64,000 bases of DNA. Origin: Vitrella brassicaformis CCMP3155. Lineage: Eukaryota > Protista > Chromerida. The stretch covers positions 22,599-86,598 of the forward strand of contig CDMY01000400.1 in assembly GCA_001179505.1 (NCBI GenBank), written 5' to 3'. Below, in pieces: positions 10,199 to 23,295 of the stretch (positions are counted from its first letter, which is position 1; each line of letters opens with the position of its first letter). Below the pieces are notes generated by a model. The model was not told the DNA's origin. It saw only the letters and a program-made list of their open reading frames with translations, and made no database searches. The position numbers were made by a program, and so were the translations under genes.

Positions 10199-13100
10199 AT
10201 GGCGAGGAGGCAGCTCGAGCGCACATACAGGTCTTTCGGGGTGGCATGATGAATGCATCCGCCCGCGTGATGTGATGAATCTGTGGATCTGTTTGTGTGC
10301 AGGGAGGGCATGGCGCCCGAACAGCATATCGATGCTATGCGGGTGCGGACACACAGGCGCACGCACGCAGGAATGACGCACTTTCTTTACGGCGTGTGTG
10401 TGTGTGTGTGCAGGTGAAGCGTAAGGTTGGAGAGCCCCTTGAGAAGCTCAAGGAATTCTCTGAAATCATCAAGATGCTCAACGAGGGGTCTACGGGACTC
10501 GCAGAACGCGTAAGCATGTGCGTGTGCGTGTGTGCGTGTCTTTGGTGGAGATCTACCTGTGTCCAATTGTGCAGATCTATTCCGAGAATGATCATTGTGT
10601 CGAGGAACTGATACAGAACGTCCGGTGAGCTTGAAACCCACACACACGTGTACGCGCATGCGCACGACCGTCGTGTGTGCGGGTGGTGTGACGTATGAGT
10701 GGGCAGCGATGCGCAGCTGAGTCTTTCCGACGGCGAGCTCGGGGACCTGGACATCAGGCTGCTCAAAAGCGACCCGTTCAACGCCATGAATGGTAGACAA
10801 ATACACGGAGGACGGCCATCTCCCATTTGTGTGTGTGTGTGTGTGTGTGTATGCAGTGAAGTTGATCGCCTCTGAGCAGAAGTGCGCATTCCCCCCAGAC
10901 AAGAGTCTGAAGCAGGACAACGGCTGCCTCATCCTCGTAAGTAGCCNNNNNNNNNNNNNNNNNNNNNNNNNNNNNNNNNNNNNNNNNNNNNNNNNNNNNN
11001 NNNNNNNNNNNNNNNNNNNNNNNNNNNNNNNNNNNNNNNNNNNNNNNNNNNNNNNNNNNNNNNNNNNNNNNNNNNNNNNNNNNNNNNNNNNNNNNNNNNN
11101 NNNNNNNNNNNNNNNNNNNNNNNNNNNNNNNNNNNNNNNNNNNNNNNNNNNNNNNNNNNNNNNNNNNNNNNNNNNNNNNNNNNNNNNNNNNNNNNNNNNN
11201 NNNNNNNNNNNNNNNNNNNNNNNNNNNNNNNNNNNNNNNNNNNNNNCATACATTCGTCATGGCTTCAACTCATGGATGGATGGATGGATGGATGGATGCA
11301 GTGCTACAACGAGCGTGGTTTCCGCTGGCAAGATGTCGAGTCCATCTGCTTCATCGGCGAGTCCACCAAAAGGGTACCTACGTACCTCCACGCACGACAC
11401 ACATGACGCGGGCCACGAATGTGTACACGATGGGTATATATGGGTGGTGTGTGGATTGTCCATCGATGTGTGTAGGAGGGGAGCGGCAAGTTCGTTGGCG
11501 AGAAGGGCCAGGGCTTCAAGGCCGTCTTCAACATCGCCAAGTGAGCTGACCGGCCATTCGATTCATGTGTGCGTGGATCCATCCATCCATCCATCCATCC
11601 ATCTGTGTGTGTCTGTGTCCGTGTGTCCGTTGTCAGCTTCGCGTACGTGCTGTCGGACCAGCCTTCGTCGCAGTACTTCTTTCGGCTGCGCGAGCACAAA
11701 CACCCCCTGTGTGGCGTCAAGTACGTATGGCACCACAAACACCATACTCGCCCATGTGTGTGTACACATCCAAGCTGTGTGGGTATGGGCGAAGGTATAT
11801 CGTCCCTGATTACCTGCCGCGCGCATCGCTGCCCGAGGAGGTCACGACCATCATGAAGGGGAGGTATGTGCCGATAGCAATCAATGTGTCCATGCACTCA
11901 CAAATGAATTTGTGTCGCGTGTGGTGTTGCACATGCATACATTCGTCATGGCTTCAACTCATGGATGGATGGATGGATGGATGGATGCAGTGCTACAACG
12001 AGCGTGGTTTCCGCTGGCAAGATGTCGAGTCCATCTGCTTCATCGGCGAGTCCACCAAAAGGGTACCTACGTACCTCCACGCACGACACACATGACGCGG
12101 GCCACGAATGTGTACACGATGGGTATATATGGGTGGTGTGTGGATTGTCCATCGATGTGTGTAGGAGGGGAGCGGCAAGTTCGTTGGCGAGAAGGGCCAG
12201 GGCTTCAAGGCCGTCTTCAACATCGCCAAGTGAGCTGACCGGCCATTCGATTCATGTGTGCGTGGATCCATCCATCCATCCATCCATCCATCTGTGTGTG
12301 TCTGTGTCCGTGTGTCCGTTGTCAGCTTCGCGTACGTGCTGTCGGACCAGCCTTCGTCGCAGTACTTCTTTCGGCTGCGCGAGCACAAACACCCCCTGTG
12401 TGGCGTCAAGTACGTATGGCACCACAAACACCATACTCGCCCATGTGTGTGTACACATCCAAGCTGTGTGGGTATGGGCGAAGGTATATCGTCCCTGATT
12501 ACCTGCCGCGCGCATCGCTGCCCGAGGAGGTCACGACCATCATGAAGGGGAGGTATGTGCCGATAGCAATCAATGTGTCCATGCACTCACAAATGAATTT
12601 GTGTCGCGTGTGGTGTTGGTGTGTGTGTGTGCGTGGGGGGGGNNNNNNNNNNNNNNNNNNNNNNNNNNNNNNNNNNNNNNNNNNNNNNNNNNNNNNNNNN
12701 NNNNNNNNNNNNNNNNNNNNNNNNNNNNNNNNNNNNNNNNNNNNNNNNNNNNNNNNNNNNNNNNNNNNNNNNNNNNNNNNNNNNNNNNNNNNNNNNNNNN
12801 NNNNNNNNNNNNNNNNNNNNNNNNNNNNNNNNNNNNNNNNNNNNNNNNNNNNNNNNNNNNNNNNNNNNNNNNNNNNNNNNNNNNNNNNNNNNNNNNNNNN
12901 NNNNNNNNNNNNNNNNNNNNNNNNNNNNNNNNNNNNNNNNNNGGGGGGGGGGGGGGGGCATACCTGCACACAGGACGTGTTTGTGTCTGTCGATGAAGAA
13001 GGACGACCGCATCGACGCGTACGACATCATACACAAGAAGATCGCCGAGGTGAGTGAGTGTGCCGCGCTGCTCCTCCACTCATCCACAGACACGACCATC

Positions 13101-16100
13101 TGTCTGACCATCTTTGTGTATGGCGTGTGGTGTCTTGTGTTGTGATGTGCAGAAGTTGCAGCCCGAGTGTTTCCTCTTCCTCGACAAACCTGACAAGATA
13201 AAAATCACTGGTACCCATCCACACGCGCACACACGCACATAGAGAGAGGGTCAGGGAGAGGGAGAGATACCCACACACGCAGCCATGTAATTGCCCACCC
13301 ATGTGTGTGTGTGTGCAGCTGAGCACAAAACCAAGCGCCGTGTGGAGAAGGTCCTCATGCGCACCGTCACGCAGCACGGCGAGAACTACCAGGTCATCCA
13401 ACTATCCGTCGCAGAAGGTCCGGCCGTCCACACGAATGCACACATCGACGAACGACGGAAGCATCATGTGTTTGTCTCAATGATAACAGGGGGGTCGACG
13501 CACTCGCGGCGGTACCTGTTGGTGGAACAGGAGAAACAAGTGCCACAGGAAATCAGAGACGTATGCACCCCACCCCACCCCACCCCACCCCCCACACACG
13601 ATCTACAGCAATCGACTGTGTACCCACACCCACGTCTCTGCATGCATGCAGGCGACCGAGACGCGCAAGTCGGCGGAGCGCCGCGCCGTGTGGGTGGCCT
13701 TCAACCTCGACGACAACGATAAACAAAACGGTCGGTTTGTCAACACATTTGCACACGTGTGTGTGCGTGTGGGGGTGCGTGGGTGCGCAGTTGCGGGCTT
13801 CCTGCCCATCGCCAGGCTGCCGTCCCTCTTCACCTACCTGCCCACGGGTATCCCAAACCCTCCCACCAACCCCCAGCAACCTTCCCACAGCACGTCGATA
13901 CACACGTGTGTGTCGATGCAATGCAGCTCAGGAGAGGACGGGCCTGCCTGCGTTGGTCAACGCCGACTGGCGGCTGGCGAGCAACAGGGAGACGCTAGAG
14001 TCGGGATCAGGCGCATGGAACGCGTACGTGGGGACCTATGCTGGGAGAGAGGGAGGGAGGGACGGAGGTGTGTGGGTGGGTGGGCAGGTGGCTGCGTGAC
14101 GAGCTGGTCATTCCCACATACGTCGAGGTACGTCTGTGAGTACCTACCTGCGTCTGATGCACACATACGGACGCTCGTGTGTCTGCTCACATAGGCGTTG
14201 GGTGTGGTGTCATCTTTGGCGGCGTTCGCCCACCTGCTGCCGAGGTTCATCCCGCAGCAGGAGGGCTCCCAGCCCAGCAAACACTTTGCAAAAGTGGCCG
14301 AAAACATCATCACACAAGTCACAGACGGGTGGGTATACCGTTCTACGTCTGCAGACATGCCCTCATACGCATGGGTACAGATCGGCTGGATGTCTGTGTG
14401 TGTACGTATGTGTGTGCCAACAGGTCTGACGGCCCTCTCAAGTTGCTGTGGTGCGGCGATTGGGACCAAGACCAGTCCTTGCGCGTATCTGGTATGTCGT
14501 GCCAGCCAGCCAGCCACCCACCCACACAGAGAGGGAGGAAGACAGAGAGGGAGAGAGGGAAACAGAACAGACCAACAGCACGTAACACAACTACGCATCC
14601 ATGTCAGGCGACAAATCGTTCATTCCCGACGTCAAGAAGACCAAGAGGGCCACCGGCGAAGAGGACATCGTGACGGAGTTCAGACAGATGGAGAAGAAAC
14701 TGCTACCCAGTAGCCAAATTCCACGCACCCACACACAGGCGAGTATGTGTCTGTGTGCTTGCATTCGTCAGACGATGGCGATTGCGTCTCTTTCGAGCGT
14801 GCGAACGGCATTGTGTGGGAGAAGTACGCTGACTCGTGCGACGACTGGTACACATGCATGTCTGCACCCATCCGGCCATCCATCCATCCATTCATGTGTG
14901 TGTGAGTGTGTGTGGGTGTGTGCAGGATTGACCGTCTGGGTGAGATCGGAGTTGAGGTGCCGGTCAGTGCTAAGAAGTTCGTCGAGTGGCTCCACACAGA
15001 CACCGCCAAGGAGGTAGGGAGATAGTCACACACACACACACACACACACAGAAATGGATCTCTCTCTCTCTCCCTCGCTCTCTCTGCGTTGTAGGGTTTT
15101 CTGCAAGCAGAAGAGGACGTGTGGGTGCAGATCTATGAGTTCTTCTCACTGCAGGTACCCACACGCCACACACATGCATTGAATGGGCCGACCTCATCAC
15201 TCTGTCTGCTGTGTGTGTGCATCAATCGATCGACACCTGACAACACAGGCGTTCAAGAGCCGCAACGCCGACTTCAGGAACAACATCGTGCCCATCTTCC
15301 CTCTCAGAACAGTACAATACCATCGCGACACACCCACACACACGTAATTGTGCGCGTACACATATACAGCTTGACGGCGAGATCAAGACCAAGAGTCAGG
15401 GCGTGCTGTTCAAGGACGGCGTGGCACTCAAACCGCCCGTTGACGTAACCATACACCCACATACCACACACGCTCCACATGGCGTCACGTTGCTTTCTCT
15501 CTCTCTCGCTGTGTGTGTAGGGTGTCGGCTGCAGCGTGTTGGCGAAGGAGTGTCTGCCCACCAAGGAGAAATCTGAAGTGGTATGCACGTGTCTGTGTGT
15601 CTTGTCTGTAGGTAACCCCATGACTGTCTCGTGTGCTGCGTGCCTGTGCACACGTGTGTGGTTTCTGCAGGCGCACAGCTTCACGACCGAAGTGCTGGGC
15701 GTCACCGCATTGTACGCAATACGCGCACGCGCACAAGACATACAAGAGAGCACCAACACACATACACGCGCGTGTGTGGATGTGGTTCACTCAGTGACAT
15801 CCGGATGTATCTCCTGGATCTGCGCAGCAAGATCGACCAGGCGCACACCGACCCACTCGCACCAGCACGACGCAAGAAGGCCACGTAACTACACACACAC
15901 AACACACACACAGAGAGAGAGAGAAAGAGAGAGTCCACACACGTGTGCATGGGTGGCCTCGCTGTGTGAAAACGCAGTGACGAGCAGAAGTTGGAGCTCA
16001 CACCCGAACAGCGCGCCAAGGTACGTGTAAGTTTCTGTGTGTGAGTGTGTGGATTCATGCTGTGAATGTGTGCGACGTGCGGAATGCGTGCAGCTGTTCT

Positions 16101-18919
16101 GGTGGCTGGACGATCTGCACAGCAAGATGATGATACAAAACAAACCGGCACTCGGCTCACTCACTGACATCGCGTACGCATCCCCAGCCACCCACTCACA
16201 CCTCTCTCTCCCTCTCTCTCTCTCTCTCTGTGTGTCTGTGTGTGTGTGTGCAGGTCGGTCATCCCGGATACGTTGCGTGTCGACGGCAACGGCAACTTCG
16301 TCCCAAAAGCTGTGTGAGCATCCCAGTGCGCATCGCACACCTGTGAGAGTCATGTGTGGATGGATGCATTCATTGCGCAGAGTTGACGGCGAGTTGCGTC
16401 CCGAGGGCGTCATCTTCATGCCAAATCTAGAGGGTACTTTCACCCCCCCACCCACCCGACACACACACAGAGAGAAAGGGAAATGCGTGTGTGTGTGCGT
16501 GTGTGTATTCAGGCAAGTGGCCTCTCCTCTACGGCAAGGATGTCGACGAAACCATGAAGGCCATGGTACATTCACGCATCGCATCGCATTCACCCACACC
16601 CGCCGATGCACACTTTCGTCTGTTCTGTGCGTGTGTGATGATGGTGTGCACTGCAGGCTGCTGCAAGTGGTGGTGGCGGTGGTGGTGGCAAGAAGAAGGG
16701 CGGCGCCTCCTCGAGTGAGAAAGCCGCGTTGGCGTCCCCGATGCTCTGCCTTCACGACGCATTCATCGCCTGCAGGTGGGTGGGTGGGCTTTGTGGATCG
16801 GCTCAGCTCACCCGCATCCACACACACGTGTGCATTTGTGCGTGTGTGTGGGTTGGTGCAGGCCAGATGGCATGACCGTCCATGAGGCCAAGTACTCCGT
16901 CCATCCATCCATCCATCCGCCCACCACGTCTGTTTGTTCCCCATCCATGCATGCATGCAGGCGTCGTCTGGCCAAGGCGTTTGAGAGCTGTGTGGTGGAC
17001 CTGGTCCACTGGGGCACAGGGGCGGGGCAGGCCGCGGCCGTCAGCAAGACCATCGCCGACATCAGTGACCCAAACATGGCCATGGACAAACTTGCCGACC
17101 TGTGAGCGCGCGAATGAGCGCACCAGGAACACTCAATACACACGTGTGTGTGTGTGTGTGTGTGGATCGTTCTGTGCGTGTTGTTTTAGTGCACGTGTGC
17201 CGTTGGCTGAGAGGGCGACTACTGAGGAGGAGAAGATTCGCTACCTCAGAAGCACCGGGGTGTTCGCCGCATGTATGTCCGAAAACATACACACACCACA
17301 ACACACAATATACAGACATGGGGGCAATTGGGGAGAGATGTGTGTGTGTGTGCGCGCAGGGGAGCATGTGACTGTGAAAACCTCGGTCATCCTGGAGAAG
17401 CCCCTGCTACTCGTACGCAGCCGCCACACCCACACACACCCAAGTGCACACACACGGAAATGCATGTGTGTATGTGTGTGGCTGATACAGACGCCCCGCG
17501 CACCCCAGTTCCTCGTCGGCAAGTTCCTGGGCAAGGTAGACACCCCAGGGGAGAGAGAGGGCTTCTTGCTGTGTCTTGTGGTGCTGCATGTATGTGAGAG
17601 TGTGTGTGTGTGTGTGTGTACCCCACGCAGCTGGACCGCACCCCCGACAAAGAGAAGAATGACAAAACAAAAGCCACCCTACTGCTCAAGTAAAGCCTCC
17701 CCTCGTCCCCCCTCTCCCTCCCTCACTGCCTGTGTGTATGTGTGCATATTTGTGTGTGAATGAATGCAGTCATCTGTGTGCGTTCTACGGCCCTCTGTCA
17801 TTGTCGCGTCTGTCTGTGGCCAACGAGTCCAAGAAGAAGACCGACGCCACCCGGGTGGAGGTCGGCGGACTCATGCTAGGGGAGATTGGGTAGGTATGCG
17901 ATGCGTCTGTTTGTGTGTTAACAGCTCTCTCTCTCTCTCTCTGTGGGCGCGTGTGTCTGTGTGTAGGTTCTTCGCCATCTTTGCGCACTGGCTGCCGGCC
18001 ATCATGCTCGACATCAAAGAGAGCCAACAACAGCAGCAGAAGGCCACGGCAACCGCCCAGCAGCAGCACAACAAGGGCAGGATGGAGGGCGGCAGAGGGG
18101 CAGGGCAGCAGCAGCAGCAGATGGGGGGCCGGCTGAAACGCCCACAACCACCAGCACCACCAGTGGCGGAGAAACCAGCTGCGGCAGCTGCTGCTACTGA
18201 AAAAATCGAAAAGGCCATCTGGTGAGCATTCACGCGCGTGTGCCCGCGTGTGTGTATTGATGCATATGTGTGTGATGTGTGTGTGTGTGTGCTTGTGCAT
18301 TTGTGTGTGCGTGTGTGTGCGTGTGTGTGTGTGTGTGTGTGATCAGGGCGCCTCCCGCAGTGGTGTTCGACCGCTCGCTCATCCCTCCCCACCTCACAAC
18401 CGACACCCACGTCACACACATACCCCTCCTCGACGTTGCCGACAATGTAGGCGCGCGCACACACATAGGCGCAGACGGCCTCGTTGTATGCACGAGCGCA
18501 TTTCTGTGTGTGGTCAGGAGCTGCAAGGTGACGGTTGTGGGTTCAGCGACGCTGTGGGTCTGACGGCCGGAATTCCCAACGTCACTGTGGAGCATCTCGT
18601 GCACAAGTACGTGTCTGTGTGTCTTCATGAACTCATGGATGGATGGATGGACGGATGTATTTGGTTCTGTGTGTGGTCCGTCCGTGTGCAGGTTGATAGG
18701 TCTGTCACGGCTGTCGGCACTCCATCTCCCCGAGGATTTGCCGCACCAGATCGTAGCTGCCGTGGTAAGCACACACGCAGCTCCTCCTTCCTCACAAATG
18801 GACAAACCCATCTGACGTGTGTGTGCAGGCCATGTTGACGTACCGGATGATAGCGCACAAAGCCAAGAAGGACACCGACGGCGTACGCAGAAGCGCACAC
18901 ACAGACCTGGGATCTATGG

Positions 18920-18952
<33 letters not shown>

Positions 18953-21900
18953 TTGATATGACATGCAGCCGAGGCTGCGCGAGGCGTTTGAGAAGGACGA
19001 GCTGCTGATCGTCGGCAAAACGTGGAAACGGCGATCGGTGAGAAACCGTATCCCTCCCACCCACACGCGCAGAGACAGAGATGCGTGTGTGATGTATCTG
19101 TGGTTGGCAGCAAGTGATCTTTGACACGGGCGGTGAGCAGCAACAGCGTCGCGGCGGTCCGCAGCAGCACCAGTACGGGCGGTACATGGTCCTCAAGCCA
19201 CACGGCTACGAGGGGGACGACATCAGGTCGCTCATACAGATGCTCGACGTACGCGTCAACACACACACAGGCAGAGAGAGACCATGTGTATGTGTGCGGG
19301 AGTGGCTGTTTGTGTGCATCCTCTCTGTCTCTGTGCACAGATCCCTCTGGAGCCGCCCCTGTCGGTCCACTGTGACTACTACATCGACCTCCAGAACAGG
19401 CTGCTGCAGCGGGGCGCTGGCGCCGCTGGGGGTGCGGTGCCTTCTGCAGGCCACCAGGCCATGCAGGGCACCTTGCATGCCATGAAGGCGTCACTCAGGC
19501 ACATTGCCGACGAGTTGACCAGATCTGGTACGACAGTCGGACCACCACATGAACAGGGCCGTCCATCTGTCTGTCTGTCTGTCTGCGTGTGGGCATGTGT
19601 GTTTGTGTCAGGCAATCGTGCTGAGTTGCCTGAGTCGTTTATGAGGGAAGCCATGGTGGTCACCGATAGTGGCAAGGTACACATACATAGACACACGCAC
19701 GGAGGCAGGACCATTTTACCTGTGCGTGTGTGGGCGGGGGTTTGATGGCTGCAGTTGGCGGCGTGCAGCAGTGCGGTGGTGGTTGACAGCGACTTCTGGC
19801 GACGGCCTGTGGACGTAACCATACACCACACACATGCCCTTATCTGCATGGTGTGTATGTGTCTTTGTGTGGGTTTGCTGCAGCCGTTGAGCGACCAGCT
19901 CTCGTTGGCCTTCACCGGCTACATGATGCAGGGGCAGCTCAGCGACGGCTTCATGCACCTGTACAAGTAAGCAGCCATACACGACTTGACGCACTCGTGT
20001 GCACATGATACCTCCAATGCACTTGTGGTTGGTGTGTGTGCAGGAGTTTGGGCGTGCGTCAGCTGTCGCACTATCTGACGTGCTTCCCTGACGGACGGGG
20101 CGAAGAAACGGTACTGCACCACACACACACACACACACACAGAGGCTGTTGTGGTTGTGTGCAGACGGTCCCAGTGCCCCAGCTGCTGAGCGATGCGGTC
20201 AAGAGGGCGTTTGTGCAACTCCTGTGCGAAGACAAGAGCGAACAGGCCGTCATGTAAACACACAATGCACACACACACACATACACAGAGAGAGAGAGAG
20301 AGAGACCCCTGTGGACGCGTGTGTGTGTGTGTGTGTGAAGGTCGTGTTTGTCGTCTCCCCGGACCAACACGGACATGCCCCTGGGAGCATTCCTCTGTGC
20401 CAAGGAGGTCGGTCATCTCACACATATACACAGGCACATACATACGCACATTCATGCGTACCTCTGTGTGCGTTCGTTACAGGCCTATTGCAGCGGCGTG
20501 CGTGCCTCCTGGCGCATCATGGACTGGCAGACAGACACTGCTGACCGAGACACAGACAAGGTCAGTCAGTCGCGCCACCTGTCTTTCCTCACCCACACCC
20601 ACAGCCACACCCACACCCACGTGTGTGGTGCGTGCAGGCCCCGCTGCCCATGTTGTCGACCGACGATCTGCCCGTCCAGGGCGCATTCCGACTTAGAACA
20701 CGGCCTTTTCGGTATTGCGGCACGGAGGGGCACACGGACGGCATGAGTGAGTGTGGTGTGTGCAGGCTGCTGTTGTGTGAGGAGTACCTCGCCAGAAGCG
20801 GCAAGAGGTGCGCTGTGCTGTGTGTGTTGGTGTGTGCGTGTATGTCGGCATTAATCTCCCTCTCTCTCTCTCTCTCTCCGTGTGTGCATGGCAGCCCGTC
20901 GACAGACATGCGTGGCGACATGCAGCTGTTCGATCACCTGGTGCACCAGCTCGCCGCTGAGTTCAGACTCTCGAAGGACGCCAAAGTGAGCACAGGCAGC
21001 ACCAACACACACACACACGCGTGGATGGCCTCATCTGTCTGTGGTGTCTGTATGGTCGTCAGAGCAAGCTGAGGAGCCTGCTGAGCGAGCCCAAGCTGGT
21101 CACACTCGACGAAGTCTCAACTGCAGTCGACAGCAAAATCAGTACGATACCCACACCCACACCCACCACCTGTCTGTGTATGGGTATGCAGATCAGGTGT
21201 TGCGCGACCCTGAGAAGTGGGTTGAGGACAGCATGGGCCCGGAGGAGCAGCCCGACCACTACCAGCAAGAGCAGCAGCACCTGGGGCTCTTCGGAAGGGA
21301 CATCATCAGACAGGTATACACACACGCCGAATCTCTCTCTCTCTCTCTCTGTGTCTACCTCTCTCACCCTCTCTCTCTCTCCCTGTGTGTGTGTGTGTGT
21401 GTGTGAGTAGGGTTTTGACGAGTCGGCTCGTGCGGACGACATGCTGACCACAGACGCCCTTCACACCAATGAGGGCAGGTGCGCATACCCACGCACACGC
21501 ACACATACGTGTGGGTGCGCGTGTGTCTGCATGTCTGTCTGCGCGTGTGCTCACCCAGGCACAGAGGGGTCTTCTACAACTCGGGCCGTAGACTTGGGCA
21601 GTCGGCCAGCCTGGGACGGGTACACACACACACACACAGAGGCAATGATGGCAAAAAAAAAACACGAACATCCAGACCTGAGTGTGTGTGCTCAGACCCG
21701 CATCTTGTCGGGCAATTTGCCTGAGATCTCTGGGGTGCGGCCGTTGTCGCGGACTCAGCTCATGACCAGGGAGAGGGAGAAGCTCAACAAAAAGGGCCCC
21801 AAGGGGCAGGTACACAGGCAGCGACACGTGCGCACACATGGGTCCACTCTGTACGGTGTGGCAGGTGCTGATGAAGCGCCCGAAGTTCTCGGAGAAGGTC

Positions 21901-22874
21901 AAGCGCCAGAGCCCACTTGAGGTATGCATCCGCCCCGCCCCCCCCAACACACACAGCAACATCATCTGTGTGTGTGTGTGTGTGTGTTGTCACCTGTGTG
22001 CTTAGTTCGAAGTGTCGTGGACGGACTGCCCCGGGGCCGACAAGTACATGCTGCAGGTGAGTGAGCGTGACGCACGCACAACACACAGATGGATGGATGG
22101 ATGGACGGATGTCGTCGTGCGCCTCATTCGCACATACATGGGTAGATCTTTGACCGGTCGTCTGCACTAGACCCCACGAAGACACCTGGTGGGGTGGGTG
22201 GGTAACCACACACACAGCACTGTGTGTGTTTGTACACACACACTCTCTCTCTCTCTCTCTCTGTGCGTGTGTGTGGGCTCTGTGTGCAGAGGAGAGGGCC
22301 GAGTACGCCGAGAACCCCATTGACGCCTTCGTGCTCGACAAGGTACACATCCCCACCCCCACAGCACACACATGCACATGCACATGCACACACCGACCGA
22401 CTCACCGATGGATCAGGACACGCGCAAGAAGCTCATCACCAAGGGCGAGACCCGCAAGTGCGTGCGTACACACACCACGCACACACACAGACACACACAC
22501 AGACACACAGACGTAGATGGAGTGTGCACGCAGGTTGGAGCACCTGCACCTCTACGAGCTGTTCGTCACCGCACTCTACAAGAAATCCGACGACGAGACA
22601 GACAAAGACAAGGAGCAGCAGCAGCAGCAGCAGGACGACACGCACGAAGACGGTAGGCACACACCCGTCCATCCATCCATCCATCCAATCACACAGGGGG
22701 AGAGATAGATAGATGTGTGTGTGCGTGCATATGTCAGACAAGTACATTAAGGTCAAGTGCGACAGGGCTGTGAGCTACTCGACCAACCTCTCCACACCAA
22801 AGTGGAAAATGCAGGCCGTCAAACGGCTCATCGACGGAATCGACGTAAACCAGACGTTCTATTCCCCACCTCTC

Positions 22875-22907
<33 letters not shown>

Positions 22908-23259
22908 GTGTTTGGATGGGTGTGTGCGTCGACAGGCGGACGAGTGGGTGGCGTCTCGTCGGGAGGGCATGCAGCCCTTCACGGCCACCATCAAGCTGGC
23001 ATGGGACCGAGTCGAGGGCGCCGAGGGGTTACTGACAACACACACACACACACACAGAGAGAGACAGAGGCGCAAGTGTGCCTGTGTGTGTGTCTGTATG
23101 CGTGTAGTTATGACGTGTACGTCATCCTGTCGTCCCCGTCGTTCCCATTCGGCCGGTCTCCGAAGCGTTTCGAGCTCAAACACGACAAGACCTCCATCAC
23201 ACTCGACGAACTCAGGTACACACAGGCGGCTGCTTTCGCTTCCTTTGCTTCGGCGCGGA

Positions 23260-23295
<36 letters not shown>

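Noticed and set aside
11247-12618. Tandem duplication of four GHKL-domain exons
   Set aside because: The copies look identical, lie between two N gaps and would break the frame if both were used; most likely a scaffolding artefact.
22290-22850. RFTS (DNMT1-RFD) domain suggested by FVLD...LEHLHLYELFVTA...TDKDKE
   Set aside because: The same residues fit the FN3 pattern better (upstream VSW..PGA..Y; LxxxxxYxxxVxA) and a second FN3 follows. A profile search is needed to exclude RFTS fully.
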